From Scyliorhinus canicula (lineage: Eukaryota), in assembly GCF_902713615.1 (NCBI RefSeq), contig NC_052171.1, positions 19,379,952-19,443,951 on the forward strand: a stretch of DNA of 64,000 nt, written 5' to 3'. A program made the translations under genes and the position numbers. This document shows positions 44,234-57,934 of the stretch, one piece after another; the stretch's first letter is position 1; every line of letters starts with the position of its first letter. The notes under the pieces are model-generated. The model made no database searches and was not told the origin of the DNA. It saw only the letters and a list, made by a program, of their open reading frames with translations.

Positions 44234-47200
44234 CTGCCGACACAGAGGAATAAGGCATCAGAAATACCCCGGAGGTAATGACCACAGTTCCCCTGTACAG
44301 TTTCACTGGACAATTTCACCAGCGACTCCGATCAAGTGAACAACCAGAATTGAGAAAATTCCTTCTTTACCCACAATGCACCAGCTGCACCCTGAGAAGC
44401 CAATTACAGATGGGCAAAAGCAGAGAAGGGATTTATCATGGGGCACCTCCACCTTTACTCCATGTTCACTCTTTCTCCATCTCCACCCTCTCTCCATCTC
44501 CACCTTCTCTCCATCTCCACCTTCTCTCCATCTCCACCATCTCTCCATCTCCACCCTCCCTCCATCTCCACCCTCCCTCCATCTCCACCCTCCCTCCCTC
44601 CATCTCCACCCTCCCTCCGTCTCCACCCCCCCTCCATCTCCACCCTCTCCACCCTCCCTCCATCTCCACCCTCCATCTCCACCCTCCCTCCATCTCCCTC
44701 CCTCTATCCCCACCCTCTCTCCATCTCAACTGTCTCTCCATCTCCACCCTCCCTCCATCTCCACTCTCCCTCCATCTCCACCCTCCCTCCATCTCCACCC
44801 TCCCTCCATCTCCACCCTCCCTCCCTCCATCTCCACCCTCCCTCCATCTCCCTCCCTCCATCTCCCTCCCTCCATCCCCACCTTCTCTCCATCCCCACCT
44901 TCTCTCCATCCCCACCTTCTCTCCATCTCCACCCTCTCTCCATCTCCACCCTCCCTCCATCTCCACCCTCCCTCCATCCCCACCCTCCCTCCACCTCCAC
45001 CCTCCCCGTCTCCACCATCCATCTCCACCCTCCCTCCATCCCCACCCTCCCTCCATCCCCACCCTCCCTCCATCTCCACCCTCCCTCCATCTCCACCCTC
45101 CCTCCATCTCCACTCCCTCCATCTCCCTCCCTCTATCCCCACCCTCTTTCCATCTCAACTCTCTCTCCATCTCCACCCTCCCTCCATCCCCACTATCCCT
45201 CCATCACCCTCTCTCCATCTCCACCTTCTCTCCATCTCCACCCTCCCTCTGTCTCCACCCTCTCTCCCTCCATCTCCACCCTCCCTCCATTTCCACCCTC
45301 CCTCCACCTCCCTCCCTCCATCCCCACCTTTTCTCCATCCCCACCTTCTCTCCATCCCCACCTTCTCTCCATCTCCACCCTCCCTCCATCTCCACCCTCC
45401 CTCCATCTCCACCCTCTCTCCATCTCCACCTTCTCTCCATCTCCACCCACTCCCTCCGTCTCCACCCTCTCGCCACCCTCTCTCCCTCCATCTCCACCCT
45501 CCCTCCCTCTCTTCATCCCTTCATCTGTTCATTCTCTACACTTCCTTCATCTATTCACTCTCTTCATCTACCCTCCCTTTCCATCTACACTCCCTCTTCA
45601 TCGGCACGCTCTCTCGTGATCTCCGCCATCACTTCCTCCACATCCTCTGTAGTTCCGCGCCCTCTTTTTTAAAATATAAATTTAGAGTACCCACTTAATT
45701 TTTTCCAATTAAGGGGCAATTTAGCGTGGCCAATCCACCTAGCCTGCACATCTTTTGGGTTGTGGGGGTGAGACCCACGCAAACACGGGGAGAATGTGTA
45801 AACTCCACACGGACAGTGACCCAGAGCCAGGCTCGAACCTGGGTCCTCGGCGCAGTGAGGCTGCAGGGCTAACCCACTGAGCCACCGTGCTACCCGACAC
45901 TCTAAGATTCATCAGTCCCAAACACGTATGTCATGGTAACTGACCATGGACATTTATTGGAAATCTTTCCAATTCTTTGGAAATGGGAATAAAGTGTTTT
46001 AATAAGAAAGGGGATGTAGTCTTCTGTCTTCGCGAGCTAACAGAATGACATCACCAGAGGGAGTGTGCCTAACGTGACCCAGTCTTGGTTTGCCTTTTGC
46101 CTGTGAGCAGAGCTCTGACCCCTTCATTCATAATAAATGCTCTCATGTTCCGGGTCTCGATGTGTGGACCCTCAACGTGGGAACGCAATCCCTTCTGTGG
46201 GATTTCTTTCTGCGATGAGATCAGCACGACAGGACTGACCTCCAGGTCTGGCTGTTATATCAAACCCACTTTGTGCTTTCATAAGAAGGATCAAGACAGG
46301 GTAGCATGGTGGTTAGCATAAATGCTTCACAGCTCCAGGGTCCCAGGTTCAGTTCCCGGCTGGGTCACTGTCTGTGCGGAGTCTGCACGTCCTCCCCGTG
46401 TGTGCGTGGGTTTCCTCCGGGTGCTCCGGTTTCCTCCCACAGTCCAAAGATGTGCGGGTTAGGTGGATTGGCCGTGCTAAATTGCCCGTAGTGTCCTAAA
46501 AAGTAAGGTTAAGGGGGGGGATTGTTGGGTTACGGGTATAGGGTGGATACGTGGGTTTGAGTAGGGTGATCATTGCTCGGCACAACATCGAGGGCCGAAG
46601 GGCCTGTTCTGTGCTGTACTGTTCTATTCTATTCTATCACACAATGGACTGACTCCAGGTGGAGTGGCAGAGAATCACTTACATTGTGCAGCATGACATT
46701 GATTCAGCGGAGCACTCACACCTCATGCAGTCAGTGTTTCTCCAGGTTTCACCAAGCTCATGCCAGGTGCCATCAACGTCATCTTTACATTTTCTTGTTA
46801 CTGGAGCGAGAGTGAGTGAGCGAGAGAGAAAGAGGGAGAGAGAGAGGTTAGTCTGTCACTGTCACATCAAAGTCTGAAGAAGTATAATGAGGTAACTTTA
46901 ACCTTTGTGCTTTGGAAGGATTGCCTGGGCAACTGGCTCAGTTTAATGTCCATCACCGGTCTCTCTGGACCTGGGACGAGCCAGGTTCCTTTTCCAAGAG
47001 GATCTGTCCCTGAGAGTTTGACAGGGTGAATCTCGGAACGCTAAGGCTGCCAGGTCACTCATTCCTGGCTGGCCCTTCTGGATGGGCATGGGTTAAAGGT
47101 CAGGAGCCCAATGTGCTGGAAGGGTGTTTCCGTGGTTACCACAATGAGCCCTCGGCCTGTCTGCAGGCCGCGCCCTCGCTTGTATTCGACAGCCAAGCTG

Positions 47201-50200
47201 AGGCGATGGAGCAGGAGCTCGCGAGTTGGGCAAGGCGGAATATTGGCCCACTCCTTCCTGAATCCTCGGGGAAGAGGAGAGCGTGAAAGTCAATCCCATG
47301 TGGCTTGAAGCATTTATGTCGATGCTTACCTCGCAACCCCACACCCCCATCCCCACACCCCCATCCCAGATAGAGGTTGAGATTGGAAAGGTTTCAGGTC
47401 TTACTTTCATTTGGGACTTGCTGAGGAGAAACGTAGCAGGATGATTCTGCATCGTCCACAGCCAGGAGCAGGAGAGCAACGCACACCAAGGACTTCTGTC
47501 GAATTGGTGTCAGGTGGGAGGTGAGCGAATAAGTGGAGAACATGTTGAGGAATTCAGTTTGGTCAATCATGTCATGGTCAGATGCGAAAGATTTAAAAAA
47601 AAATATGTTAATCAGCTGAACCACTCCTCAGAGTATCAATGCACTTATCCAGCAATAACCTGCTCACGGACACTCAGTTTGGGTTCCGTCAGGGTCACTC
47701 AGCTCCTGACCTCATTGCAGCCTTGGTTCAAACATGGACAAAAGAGCTGAATGCCAGGGGCGAGGTGAGTGACTGCCCTTTGACATCAAGGCAGCATTTG
47801 ACCGAGTGTGGCATCAAGGAGCCCGAGCTAAACTGGAGTCAATGGGAATCCGGGGGGAAAACTCTCCACTGGTTGGAGTAATTCCTGGCACAAAGGAAGA
47901 TGGGTGTGGTGGATGGAGGTCGATCATCTCAGCTCCAGGACATCACTGCAGGAGTTCCTCAGGGTCGTGTCCTAGGCCCAACCATCTTCAGCTGCTTCAT
48001 CAATGACCTGCCTTCCTTCATAAGGTCAGAAGTGGGGGTGTTTGCAGACAATAATGGAGCAGTCCATGTCCAAATGCAGCAAGACCTGGACAATATCCAG
48101 GCTTGGGCTGACAAGTGGCAAGTTACATTCGCACCACACAAGTGCCAGGCAATGACCATCTCCTACATGAGAGGATCTAACCATCACCCCTTGACATTCA
48201 ACAGCATTACCATCACTGAATCCACCACAATCAACATCCTGGGGATTACCATTGATCAGAAACTGAACTGGACTAGCCATATTCATACTGTGGCTACCAG
48301 GGCAGGTCAAAGCTTCGGACTGCTACAGAGAATAACTGCCCTCCTGACCACCCCCCCCCCCCCCTCTCCAAAGCCTGTCCACCATCTACACGGCACAAGT
48401 CAGGAGTGTGATGGAATACTCTCCACTTGCCTGGATGAGTGCAGCTCCAACAACACTCAAGAAACTCAGCACCATCCAGGACAAAGCAGCCCCGCTTGAT
48501 TGCTCCCCTTCCACAAACATTCAAACCCTCCACCACCGACGCACAGTGGCAGCCGTGTGTACCATCTACAAGATGCACTGCAGCAACTCACTGAGGTTCC
48601 TGAGGCAGCACCTTCCAAACCCACGGCCACTACCATCTAGAAGGACAAGAGCAGCAGATACCTGGGAACCCCACCACCTGGAGGTTCCCCTCCAAGTCAC
48701 TCACCACCCTGACTTGGAAATAAATCGGCCGCTCCTTCACTGTCGCTGGGGCAACATCCTGGAACTCCCTCCCTAACAGCACAGTGGGTGTACCTACGCC
48801 ACAAGGACTGTGGCGGTTTAAGAAGGCAGCTCACCACCACCTTCTGAAGAGCAACTAGGGATGGGCAATAAATGCCGATCCAGCCAGCGACACCCACATC
48901 CCGTGAATGAATTTTTAAAAAGGAAACAATAGAAAATGGCTGAGCTATCAACCTGGCTTCAGCTGGTCACCTGATACCTTGAAGCATTGTTCAAGGTAAC
49001 AAGGGCCACGAGGGATGGGAAATGTGGCATAACTAACTCTAGACAAAGGAAAACCTTCACAGCTCACCGTCTCCCATCATAGTGCCAATGGCCAAAGTAT
49101 TAGCAATCGGAACACAGTGGTCTCGACAAAGAGAGAGTCAGTTAAATTAACCCAACAACGTGCCTTCTCCTTCCGTGCCAGCCTCACTCTGGAAAGATGG
49201 GGGCCGGGGGGGGGGGGGGGGGGGGGGGGGGGGACAGTCTGCCACCAGCCAACCACCCGGTGGAAGGAACATTCCGGTTGACTCAGGATTCTGGACTCTG
49301 GACACATGGAAAACCCATAATGGTTATCTTGGCCGATCCCTGAACACTCTTCTATTCTCCTTATCTCTCATTCACTGTGTGGGTGTACAAGGGTGGATGT
49401 TGCACAGCAGCTCACGCATGCGCACACGTGTGTCTACATATGTGTGTGTGTGTGTTGTGGGGGGGGGGGTCTGTGTCATTGAGGATTGGAACATTTTGAA
49501 TTTTCCCGTACCAGCCCCCCCGAACAGGCACCGGAATGTGGTGACTAGGGGCTTTTCACAGTCACTTTTTGTGACAATAAGCGATTTTCATTTCATTTAA
49601 GGATTGGGGAAATTGGCCACCATTTACAGAGAGAGGAATCCAAATAAGAGAGAACACCTTCCAGTTTTTGGGAGAATGGGAACATCAGGACAGTTTAAGC
49701 TTACACCTCCTGCTGCCCATGTCACTCAGTTTACAGTCATTCCCAATCCGATACAAGCTGTCACTCTGAATGTTACTCAATAAACCACCCAGAGACAATT
49801 GGATAGACTTGGAACCCATTTCTCAATCCTGATGTTACAAACTCATCACCATGACCAAAACCAATTGTCGACGCTGACATCTCAGCTCAAAGACTCCACA
49901 GGATTGGACGCAGGACGTGACGTGTCTATTGAGACATCAGCATTCCTGGGAGCGAGTCCCAATACTCCAGAATTGCAATGGAGAGTCCAGGAATGGGTCT
50001 CATGGATAAACCATGAAATAATGTTGTTGCAGATGCCAGTAGTAGTCAGCTGCGCTTTTCCCTGTGGCCATTAGGAATTAGATTGAGCTTTAAGTTTAAT
50101 TTACACGTCTCCTTTGTAGGTTTGAAAGGTGAAGGCTGGGGTGGTTTCATTGTGAAGAGGAGGCAGCAGCTGTTTGTGTCTCACACAATATAACACCCAG

Positions 50201-51188
50201 AAATAGATCAAAGCAAATTGGGAACTCGAACCCCAGGAAAGCATCTTCCACATGCGAGACATTTCAGCTCGAGACTTGCTCCTTGACAGAATGTAAATCT
50301 CAGTTCACAATCTAGTTTCTCATTCCCATTGTTCTCAAAGGTTGGATCTCACTGTCCAAGGAGTTGGATGTTAATTGTGGGGAGATGTCTTTCCCAGGGA
50401 AAGCCGCAGTTTCTATCCTGCTCCTGGTCAGGTTCATGGCAAAGATCCCTTTGTTCGACCTGACCTGTCTCTCTGAACTCCCAAGATCAGAAAGAGAGAG
50501 ACCTTGCTGCACCAATCTGAGATCTCCGTTTTTAATAACATCATCCTCGGCATGTGGATAGCGCAGTCTGGATCCGAATGCATTCTCAATCCCGAGCGGT
50601 CCGTGAGAGGGTGGTGGTGAGCTGCCTTCCAGAGCCGCTTCAGTCCATGTGGCGTAGGTACATCCACTGTGCTGATCGGGAGGGAGTTCCAGGATTCTGG
50701 CCCAGCGACAGTGAAGGAACGGCGACGTATTCCCAAGTCAGGATGGTGTGTGAATTCCCTGCATTTATTGTCCTTCTCCCTGGTTAATTAATGCTCACCG
50801 TTAACTGCTACAGGACATGGGACATTGCTGTCTCCTGTTCTCCCATCTCTGGGAGCACGAGCAGGTGTTTCCCACTCCGTAGTCCCTCAATTACAGGGCG
50901 TTTACTCGGGAGCAGGTCTGGGAGCATTTCAGAGACACGGAACCAAATATTGTGTGTTCCAGCTGTGACTCCCAACTCTCTGTTCCTCCTGTGGAATGTG
51001 TCTCATCGCCAAGCTGCAAAGTGACTCGTTTACCCAAACAATCCATTGTTACCAATGTTAGAGATCATCCTGTAACAAATCCAAATCTTAATGCAGGTTA
51101 CCTCACCAAGAAAACGTTCCCAGATCAATAATCCCTCATCAGTATAATCTTACTCAGACACACACACACACACACACATACATACCAT
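44104..51188 (-). CDS. msmb: Beta-microseminoprotein-like gene B, join(51186-51188,47405-47495,46683-46800,44104-44233), 113 aa
   Basis: MKSLVCVALLLLAVDDAESSCYVSPQQVPNEITRKCKDDVDGTWHELGETWRNTDCMRCECSAESMSCCTMYGIPSGYSDDCIAFFDRQSCRYRVHLRNDSSIECGVHHSVGK. Signal peptide, 10 Cys in PSP94 spacing, canonical splice sites. Confidence 0.95.
44471..45520. repeat. 17-bp minisatellite (CCCTCCCTCCATCTCCA)n in intron 3 of gene B
   Basis: Visible tandem array. Confidence 0.95.
45665..45895 (-). mobile_element. tRNA-derived V-SINE, short subfamily
   Basis: Family match; duplicated at 60953-61183. Confidence 0.8.
46297..46636 (+). mobile_element. HE1/V-SINE-type SINE
   Basis: Family match; duplicated at 61585-61923. 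Confidence 0.9.
46683..46800 (-). CDS. msmb: MSMB-like gene B exon 3
   Basis: Long pyrimidine tract and CCAG| acceptor, |GTAAGT donor; TRKCKDDVDG...SCCT. Confidence 0.95.
47405..47495 (-). CDS. msmb: MSMB-like gene B exon 2
   Basis: GACAG| acceptor, |GTAAGA donor; signal peptide plus SCY. Confidence 0.93.
47628..48925 (+). mobile_element. CR1/L2-group LINE, 5'-truncated and frameshifted
   Basis: QFGFRQGHS and AGVPQG.VLGP.IF..FINDL RT motifs plus the 3' UTR. Confidence 0.85.
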
Positions 51189-51340
51189 ACTCAGCTCAAC
51201 GATACACCTTTGCTGTCGCCGAGAGAGCGATTTCTGTTCGGTTCTGTTGGGTGTTGTGGGTTTTTATACTTCACTTTAAAGGTTACAAAGGTCAAGTTGT
51301 CTTGGCCCGCAGTGATGTCCACGTCAGCACCAACCATTGG
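51186..51340 (-). promoter_or_regulatory. Gene B proximal promoter and exon 1a
   Basis: CCAAT 51336-51340, TGACGTGG 51319-51326, TATAAAAA 51261-51268, ATG|GTATGT 51186-51188. Confidence 0.85.
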
Positions 51341-51497
51341 CCGGTCGTCAAGTTCGCTGATCCGAGAGAATCTTAACGCTGGAGGAACTTCCAATCTGAG
51401 CTGAGTGTGAGCTGGGGTGAGGGTGGGGGGGAATGTCATTGACCATCACTGGTGTAGTGAGGTCAGAGGTCCAGCCACTGACTTCTGCTGACGTCAC

Positions 51498-51682
51498 TGG
51501 GGCTGGTTTAGCTCACAAGGCTAAACCGCTGGCTTTTAAAGCAGACCAAGCAGGCCAGCAGCACGGTTCGATTCCCGTACCAGCCTCCCCGGACAGGCGC
51601 CGGAATGTGGCGACTAGGGGCTTTTCACAGTAACTTCATTGAAGTGTATTCGTGACAAAAAGCGATTTTCATTTTTTCATTT
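51498..51682 (+). mobile_element. Short tRNA-derived SINE
   Basis: A box TAGCTCACAAGG, B box GGTTCGATTCCC; absent from the duplicate at ~53215. Confidence 0.8.
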
Positions 51683-52549
51683 GTTGACAATCACAGTTGA
51701 CAATTGCAGGCTGGTGCAGTGCTGTGTACCAGTGTGAGTGAGCCCGAGTCAGGAGAGCTGAAAATGGAGCACAACTCAGAAACAAGGGTCTTTCTCCTCA
51801 GTTCCCTGATTGCTCAAGGTGTGAGGACTGAGTAACTCTGAATTTCACTGGTAACAATGGCCGTCCATTATGTATTCCGTCTTCAGGTGGAATTTTCCAT
51901 TCTGAAAACCATGTGTGATGGCGGACAGGAAAAATGGAGTGAGTCCTGGGTGAGGAGGGTGTACCTGCCCCTGAACAGGAGACCCCTATCAGGCTGGGGG
52001 CACTCAATGCACCATGGTGAAGTCAGTGGTAATCTAATGTGTAAATTAAGCTGAGAGAGTGGTGATAAGTGACTTCGTGGTGGTCGGAGTAATAGAGACA
52101 TTTTTCAGGGGTACAATTTAATCTGGTAATTATGCAGCTGGCTCACAGGTGGGAGTGTTGTGGAGTGTAGTTGAAAAGCCTGTGGAGAGTCAGAGGTGTT
52201 GGAAGAAGCATATCCTGGGCTGTTTCCAGATTGTAACAAAATCACAAAGTCACAAATTGAGATCGGAGGAGGAGAAATTGACTAAAGACAAGAGGGCTGT
52301 GGTTCAGTTATCAGAAACCAGATGGTTGATGAAACAGAAGAGCAGCTGGAGGATCAAGCTGATATCTTTAGTTCAGGAAAATTGGCAGAATTACAACAGA
52401 AGGATTTGGAGATAAAGCGGTTTTGTCAGAAAGCATAAACAGAAGTAGAATCTGATATTACACCAGAGTATTATTACATTCGATATAATGTATCAATGAG
52501 AAGGAGAAACCGTTGCATATTCAGGCAGGTGACAAATGGACAGAAGTTG

Positions 52550-52800
52550 ATCCAGCAGGGGGCAGCAGAGCGGAGCTTCTGATTGGCTGTTCCGGGGAGA
52601 TTTGCATACGTGCAGTGCGGTCAGCGTAAGTTGAAGGTGCACCTGCATCAGTGACCCGAGGAGTTCGACGGAAGTCAAGCATCCAGCAGGGGGCAGCAGA
52701 GCAGAGCTTCTGATTGGCTGTTCCGGGGAGATTTGCATACGTGCAGTGCGGTCAGCGTAAGTTGAAGGTGGTTTGTGAAGGGGCTGTTCTCGAGTGACAG
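52550..52800. repeat. Two ~89-bp direct repeats carrying CTCF-like, CCAAT and octamer motifs
   Basis: 52550-52638 and 52681-52769, at the junction of the promoter duplication. Confidence 0.85.
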
Positions 52801-52801
52801 G

Positions 52802-52873
52802 TCTTAATGCAGGTCACCTCACCAAGAAAACGTTCCCAGATCAATAATCCCTCATCAGAATAATTTTACTCAG

Positions 52874-52905
<32 letters not shown>

Positions 52906-54101
52906 CATACTCAGCTCAACGATACACCTTTGCTGTCGCCGAGAGAGCGATTTCTGTTCGGTTCTGTTGGGTGTTGTGGGTTTTTATACTTCACTTTAAA
53001 GGTTACAAAGGTCAAGTTGTCTTGGTCCGCAGTGATGTCCACGTCAGCACCAACCATTGGCCGGTCGTCAAATTCGCTGATCCGAGAGAATCTTAACGCT
53101 GGAGGAACTTCCAATCTGAGCTGAATGTAAGCTGGGGTGAGGGTGGGGGGGAAAGTCATTGACCATCACTGGTGTAGTGAGGTCAGAGGTCCAGCCACTG
53201 ACTGCTGCTGACGTCAATGTCACTGGCTGTTAGTTCTATCCACTGACAAACATCACAGTTGACAATTGCAGTCTGGTGCAGTGCTGTGTACCAGTGTGAG
53301 TGAGCCCGAGTCAGGAGAGCTGAAAATGGAGCACAACTCAGAAACAAGGGTCTTTCTCCTCAGTTCCCTGATTGCTCAAGGTGTGAGGACTGAGTAACTC
53401 TGAACTTCACTGGTAACAATGGCCGTCCATTATGTATTCCGTCTTCAGGTGGAATTTTCCATTCTGGAGACCATGTGTGATGGCGGACAGGAAAAATGGA
53501 GTGATTCCTGGGTGAGGAGGGTGTATCTGCCCCTGAACAGGAGACCCCTATCAGGCTGGGGGCACTCAATGCACCATGGTGAAGTCAGTGGTAATCTAAT
53601 GTGTAAATTAAGGTGAGAGAGTGGTGATAAGTGGCTTCGTGGTGGTCGGAGTAATAGAGACATTTTTCAGGGGTACAATTTAATCTGGTAATTATGCTGC
53701 TGGCTCACAGGTGGGAGTGGTGTGGAGTGTAGTTGAAAAGCCTGTGGAGAGTCAGAGAACTGAGGTGTTGGAAGAAGCATATCCTGGGCTGTTTCCAGAT
53801 TGTAACAAAATCACAAAGTCACAGATTGAGATCGGAGGAGGAGAAATTGACTAAAGACAAGGGGGCTGTGGTTCAGTTATCAGAAACCAGATGGTTGATA
53901 AAACAGAAGAGCAGCTGGAGGATCAAGCTGATATCTTTAGTTCAGGAAAATTGGTAGAATTACAACAGAAGGATTTAGAGATAAAGCGGTTTTGTCAGAA
54001 AGCATAAACAGAAGCAGAATCTGATATTACATTCGATATAATGTATCAATGAGTAGGAGAGACCGTTGCATATTCAGGCAGGTGACAAACGGGCAGAAGT
54101 T
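52802..54101. repeat. Tandem duplicate of 51086-52548 (promoter, exon 1, Gypsy relic)
   Basis: Near-identical by direct comparison. Confidence 0.9.
52906..53060 (-). promoter_or_regulatory. Gene B distal duplicated promoter and exon 1b
   Basis: TATAAAAA 52981-52988, ATG|GTATGT 52906-52908; CCAAT and TGACGTGG intact. Confidence 0.8.
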
Positions 54102-54884
54102 CATCAAGTTGTATTCCCGGTGGGTTATAGGAAGGAGATTTTGCAGGTAGTGCATGAGGGTTCAGTACCGGGTCATTGAGCAGTAAGGAAAACTCGAGCC
54201 AAAATACAAAAACATTTTTATTGACTGTGGCTGCAAGAGGATGTCATGGACTTTGGCTGCACCTGTCACACATGCCAGATGGTAGGAAAATCTCAAACTG
54301 ATTGATTGCGTAGGACCCCTTCCTCCGCCAAAATGTGGGAATCAGTATTTGTTTTTTTGAGAAACATTTTGTTCTATTATCAAATATAAACAGTAATGTA
54401 CAGATAGTCAAAAATCTACACACAATTTAACTTCCATGAATAACTCAATATAAACCTGCCGCCCCTCTACATCATTTGGATATTGCGTCAGCAAAGGAGG
54501 CCCAATGTCCAGCAAGCTGAGGACAGGACCAAAATGCATGCGGGTGGTTTGCCGGTGTAAGTAAACAACGGTCACACTGGTCCTCCACGTCTTGAAATGA
54601 TCCACTCATGCTTTCCTTCTCCCAGTGCGTCCTGTGCGTCACACTTGGAACTGAACCAAACTCAGTCTGGCACAGGGGACTTCTCTCCAAGGGCTTCTCT
54701 CCAAGCCTCCGCGTGATGTTCTTGTCGGATGGCCTGATTTCTATTACAAGAACATTTGGAGCTAATGCTGTAAACGATTTACTGTGGATCAATATATCCA
54801 AAACAACAGATGGTTAACAGTATGAACAAGCACAATCAACCTCTCTCTCTCCAGCTCCCAAGCCAGTCTGAGGTCACCTGACTC

Positions 54885-55350
54885 GAGGATTTACAAGGAT
54901 GCTACCGGGACTTGATGGTCTGAGTTATAAGGAGAGGCTGAATAGACTGGGACTATTTTCCCTGGAGCGTCAGAGGCTGAGGGATGATCTTATAGAGGTC
55001 TATAAAATAATGAGGGGCATTGGTAAGGTAGATGGTCAACATCTTTTCCCAAACGTAGAGGAGCCAGGACTAGAGGGCATCGGTTTAAGGTGAGAGGGGA
55101 GATACAAAAGAGACCAGAGGGGAATTTCTTTCACACACAGGGTGGTGAGAATCTGGAATGAGCTGCCAGAGGCAGGGGTAGAGGTGGGTACAGTTTTTTC
55201 CTTTTAAAAAACATTTACAGTTACATGGGCAGGGTGGGTATAGAGGGATATGGGCCAAATGCGGGTAGGTGGGACTAGCTTAGTGATAGTAACTGGGCGG
55301 CATGGACCAGATGGGCCGAAGGGCCTGTTTTCCTGCTGTAAACATCTCTG
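54885..55350 (+). mobile_element. CR1 LINE 3' end
   Basis: LSYKERLNRLGLFSLERQRLRDDLIEVYKIM and 3' UTR hairpin. Confidence 0.85.
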
Positions 55351-56369
55351 ACTCTGACGGTGACTCTAACATTTACTTGTGAGCTAATGAGACTCCTAGT
55401 GGTCAGTTGGTGGATTACAACCCAACCATGTTGCACTCCTCTGTCACCACAGAATCCAGTTCCTCCACTCATTTCTCATATATGCTCGATTCAAAGGATT
55501 GCATTGGATTTTATTTATTGTCACGTGTACTGAGGTACAGTGAAATGTATTTTTCTGCAAGCAGCTCAACAGATTATTAAGTGCATGAAAAATAAAATAA
55601 ATACATAATATTTATATACCTAATAATAGGGCAACACAAGGTAATAATAATAATCTTTTATTGTCACAAGTATGAAGTTACTGTGAAAAGCCCCTAGTCG
55701 CCACATTCCGGTGCCTGTTCGGGAAAGCTGGTATGGGAATTGAACCCGTGCTGCTGGTCTTGTTCTGCATTGCCACTGAGCTAGGTACACAATGTAACTA
55801 CATCAACACTGGCATCGGATGAAGCATACAGGAGTGTAGTGTTAGTGAGGTCAGTCCATAAGAGGGTCATTTAGGAGCCTGGTAACAGCGGGGAAGAAGC
55901 TGTTTTTGAGTCTGTTTGTGCGTGTTCTCAGACTTCTATATCTCCTGCCCGATGGAAGAAGTTGGAAGAGTCAGTAAGCCGGGTGGGAGGGGTCTTTGAT
56001 TATGCTGCCCGCTTTCCCCAGGCAGCGGGAGGTGCAGATGGAGTCAATGGATGGGAGGCAGGTTTGTGTGATGGACTGGGCTGTGTTCACGACTCTCTGA
56101 AGTTCCTTGCGGTCTTGGGCCGAGCAGTTGCCATACCCAGGCTGTGATGCAGCCCGATAGGATGCTCTCTGTGGTGCATCTGTAAAAGTTGGTCAGGGTC
56201 AATGTGGATGAGATACTTTTCGGGAGTCAGGAAATGGGACCACCGTTAAACACGCAGCAAAGCTCCCACACCACATGACAAAATAATCTGATGAAAGGTT
56301 GATGAGCTAAAATGTTCCCTCTCTCTCTGTTTCTCTCTTTGCCTGTCTCTGGGGAGTCAAAGGAATGAT

Positions 56370-56695
56370 CCTTTCCCTCGACCGAAACTCAAACACGGTG
56401 TGGGCGGGGTCCAGCGAATCACGCACACATATTTTGGGGTTGTGAAAAATGGGAAGATTCTGGGTGGGAGTGTCCGCGGTCTTTGCCAGGATAGTGGAGG
56501 AGGGAGTGGACCCGGACCCTTTGGTGGCGATATTTGGGGTTTCAGAGAAGCCGGAGCCCATGGAGAGGAGGAAGGCCGATGTCTTGGCCGTCGCCTCTCT
56601 GATTGCACGGCGGCGAATCTTGCTGGAGTGGCGGTCGGCATCGCCACCGGGGGTAGCAGCATGGCTGGGTATCTGTACGACTTCCTGCGATTAAA
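56370..56695 (+). mobile_element. L1-clade ORF2 C-terminal relic
   Basis: ADVLAVASLIARRRILLEW, paralogous to 27650-27900. Confidence 0.75.
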
Positions 56696-56719
56696 CCTTG
56701 TGGGGATTGGGCCCTTTCC

Positions 56720-57660
56720 ATCCAACAGAGGATCATCGGTGTACAGGAACACCCTATGTTCCACTACCCTCCTCACTATCCCCCTCCACCTATCTGAGGC
56801 CCTCAAGATGATGACCAATAGCTCTGTCACCAACACAAAGAAGAGGGGGGGGGGAAATGGCTACCCCGCCTTGTCCCCCTGATTAATGGAAAATACCCCA
56901 AGCTCATGTCATTCGCACGGACGCTGACCTTCGGAGCTTTGTACAATAACCATGTCCAGGACACAAAGCTGGACGGCAGCGCATTGAACAACCGCCGCAC
57001 ATTAGACAACAGTTGCCAATCTTTGGCAAACTCCATCTGACCTTCCCCAGTAAGGTGAGGGAGACGTCCCTCCAGCCTCGGGGCCAAGCACCTTCGCCAG
57101 TATCTTGGCATCGACGTTCAACAACAAAATGGGCCGTGCGACCCCGCGTTCCACTGGGTCCTTATCCTCCTCGAACAGAAGTCAAAGGGGCGCCTGCATT
57201 AACGTCTCGCTTAAGGAACCCCTCGCTGCCAAATACTCAAACATTTCCACTGATAACGGCACCAACTGTTCTGCAAACGTGCGCCGGGAACCTAAGTCCA
57301 ACTGCTTGACCGCCCGCATTCGCCCGATCGCTGTTGTGACCTTCTCTGCACCCCTCGGCCCCTCTCATCTCTTCCAACTTGGGACAATCCAGGCCCTCCA
57401 AGAAGTCCTGCATACCTGACCCTAACGCAAACGGTTTGGACCTGCAAAGATTCTGATAGACCCATTTACCTGCTCTGGCACGGACTCGGGTTTTGAACAT
57501 GAATGATCTTTCGGGAGGCCGTTTGCTTCCTCACACGGCCAACCAAGAGAGGACTTGCCTTCTCCCCATCTTCGTACATGACCCCCTCGAGCATGGCAAC
57601 TGGCTTTCCCTGTGGATAATAAGTCCGACTGCTTTGACAAAGAATCTCCCAGGCTCCAAA
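56720..57660 (-). mobile_element. L1-clade RT relic
   Basis: LLYKAPKVSVRAN...RGTR and FLYTDD motifs, degenerate. Confidence 0.7.
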
Positions 57661-57934
57661 CGTCAGCTCCCCCTTCTCTCTCCACAGATGCTGTCAGACC
57701 AGCTGAGATTGTGCAGTATTCTCTGTTTTACCAGCTTCTTCCTGCGAGCTAGCTCTGGGGTTGGGTAATTCAAGTACCTAACATCCACCTACCAGCCTTT
57801 GATGTTCCTCCCCTGACTCCCGACCGAGATTTCTGCGAGATTATCTCCCCCCTCTCACCCCAATTTCAGGGCCTCCCACAAAACTGGAAGGCAAAACCGC
57901 CCCATTCTTGTTAAACCCCAGATACTCATCTTTC

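Larger units (their letters stand above)
43284..48900. repeat. Segmental duplication copy 1 (copy 2 at 58572-64000, offset about 15.29 kb)
   Basis: Near-identical sequence, including shared SINE, LINE and minisatellite positions. Confidence 0.95.

Noticed and set aside
47340-47500. Signal peptide followed by NLSNLNL suggesting a leucine-rich-repeat protein
   Set aside because: The LRR-like residues lie beyond the GTAAGA donor in intron 2; the spliced product is MSMB-like.
51498-51580. tRNA-like A and B boxes here and in other SINE heads
   Set aside because: They continue into SINE bodies and tails; not tRNA genes.
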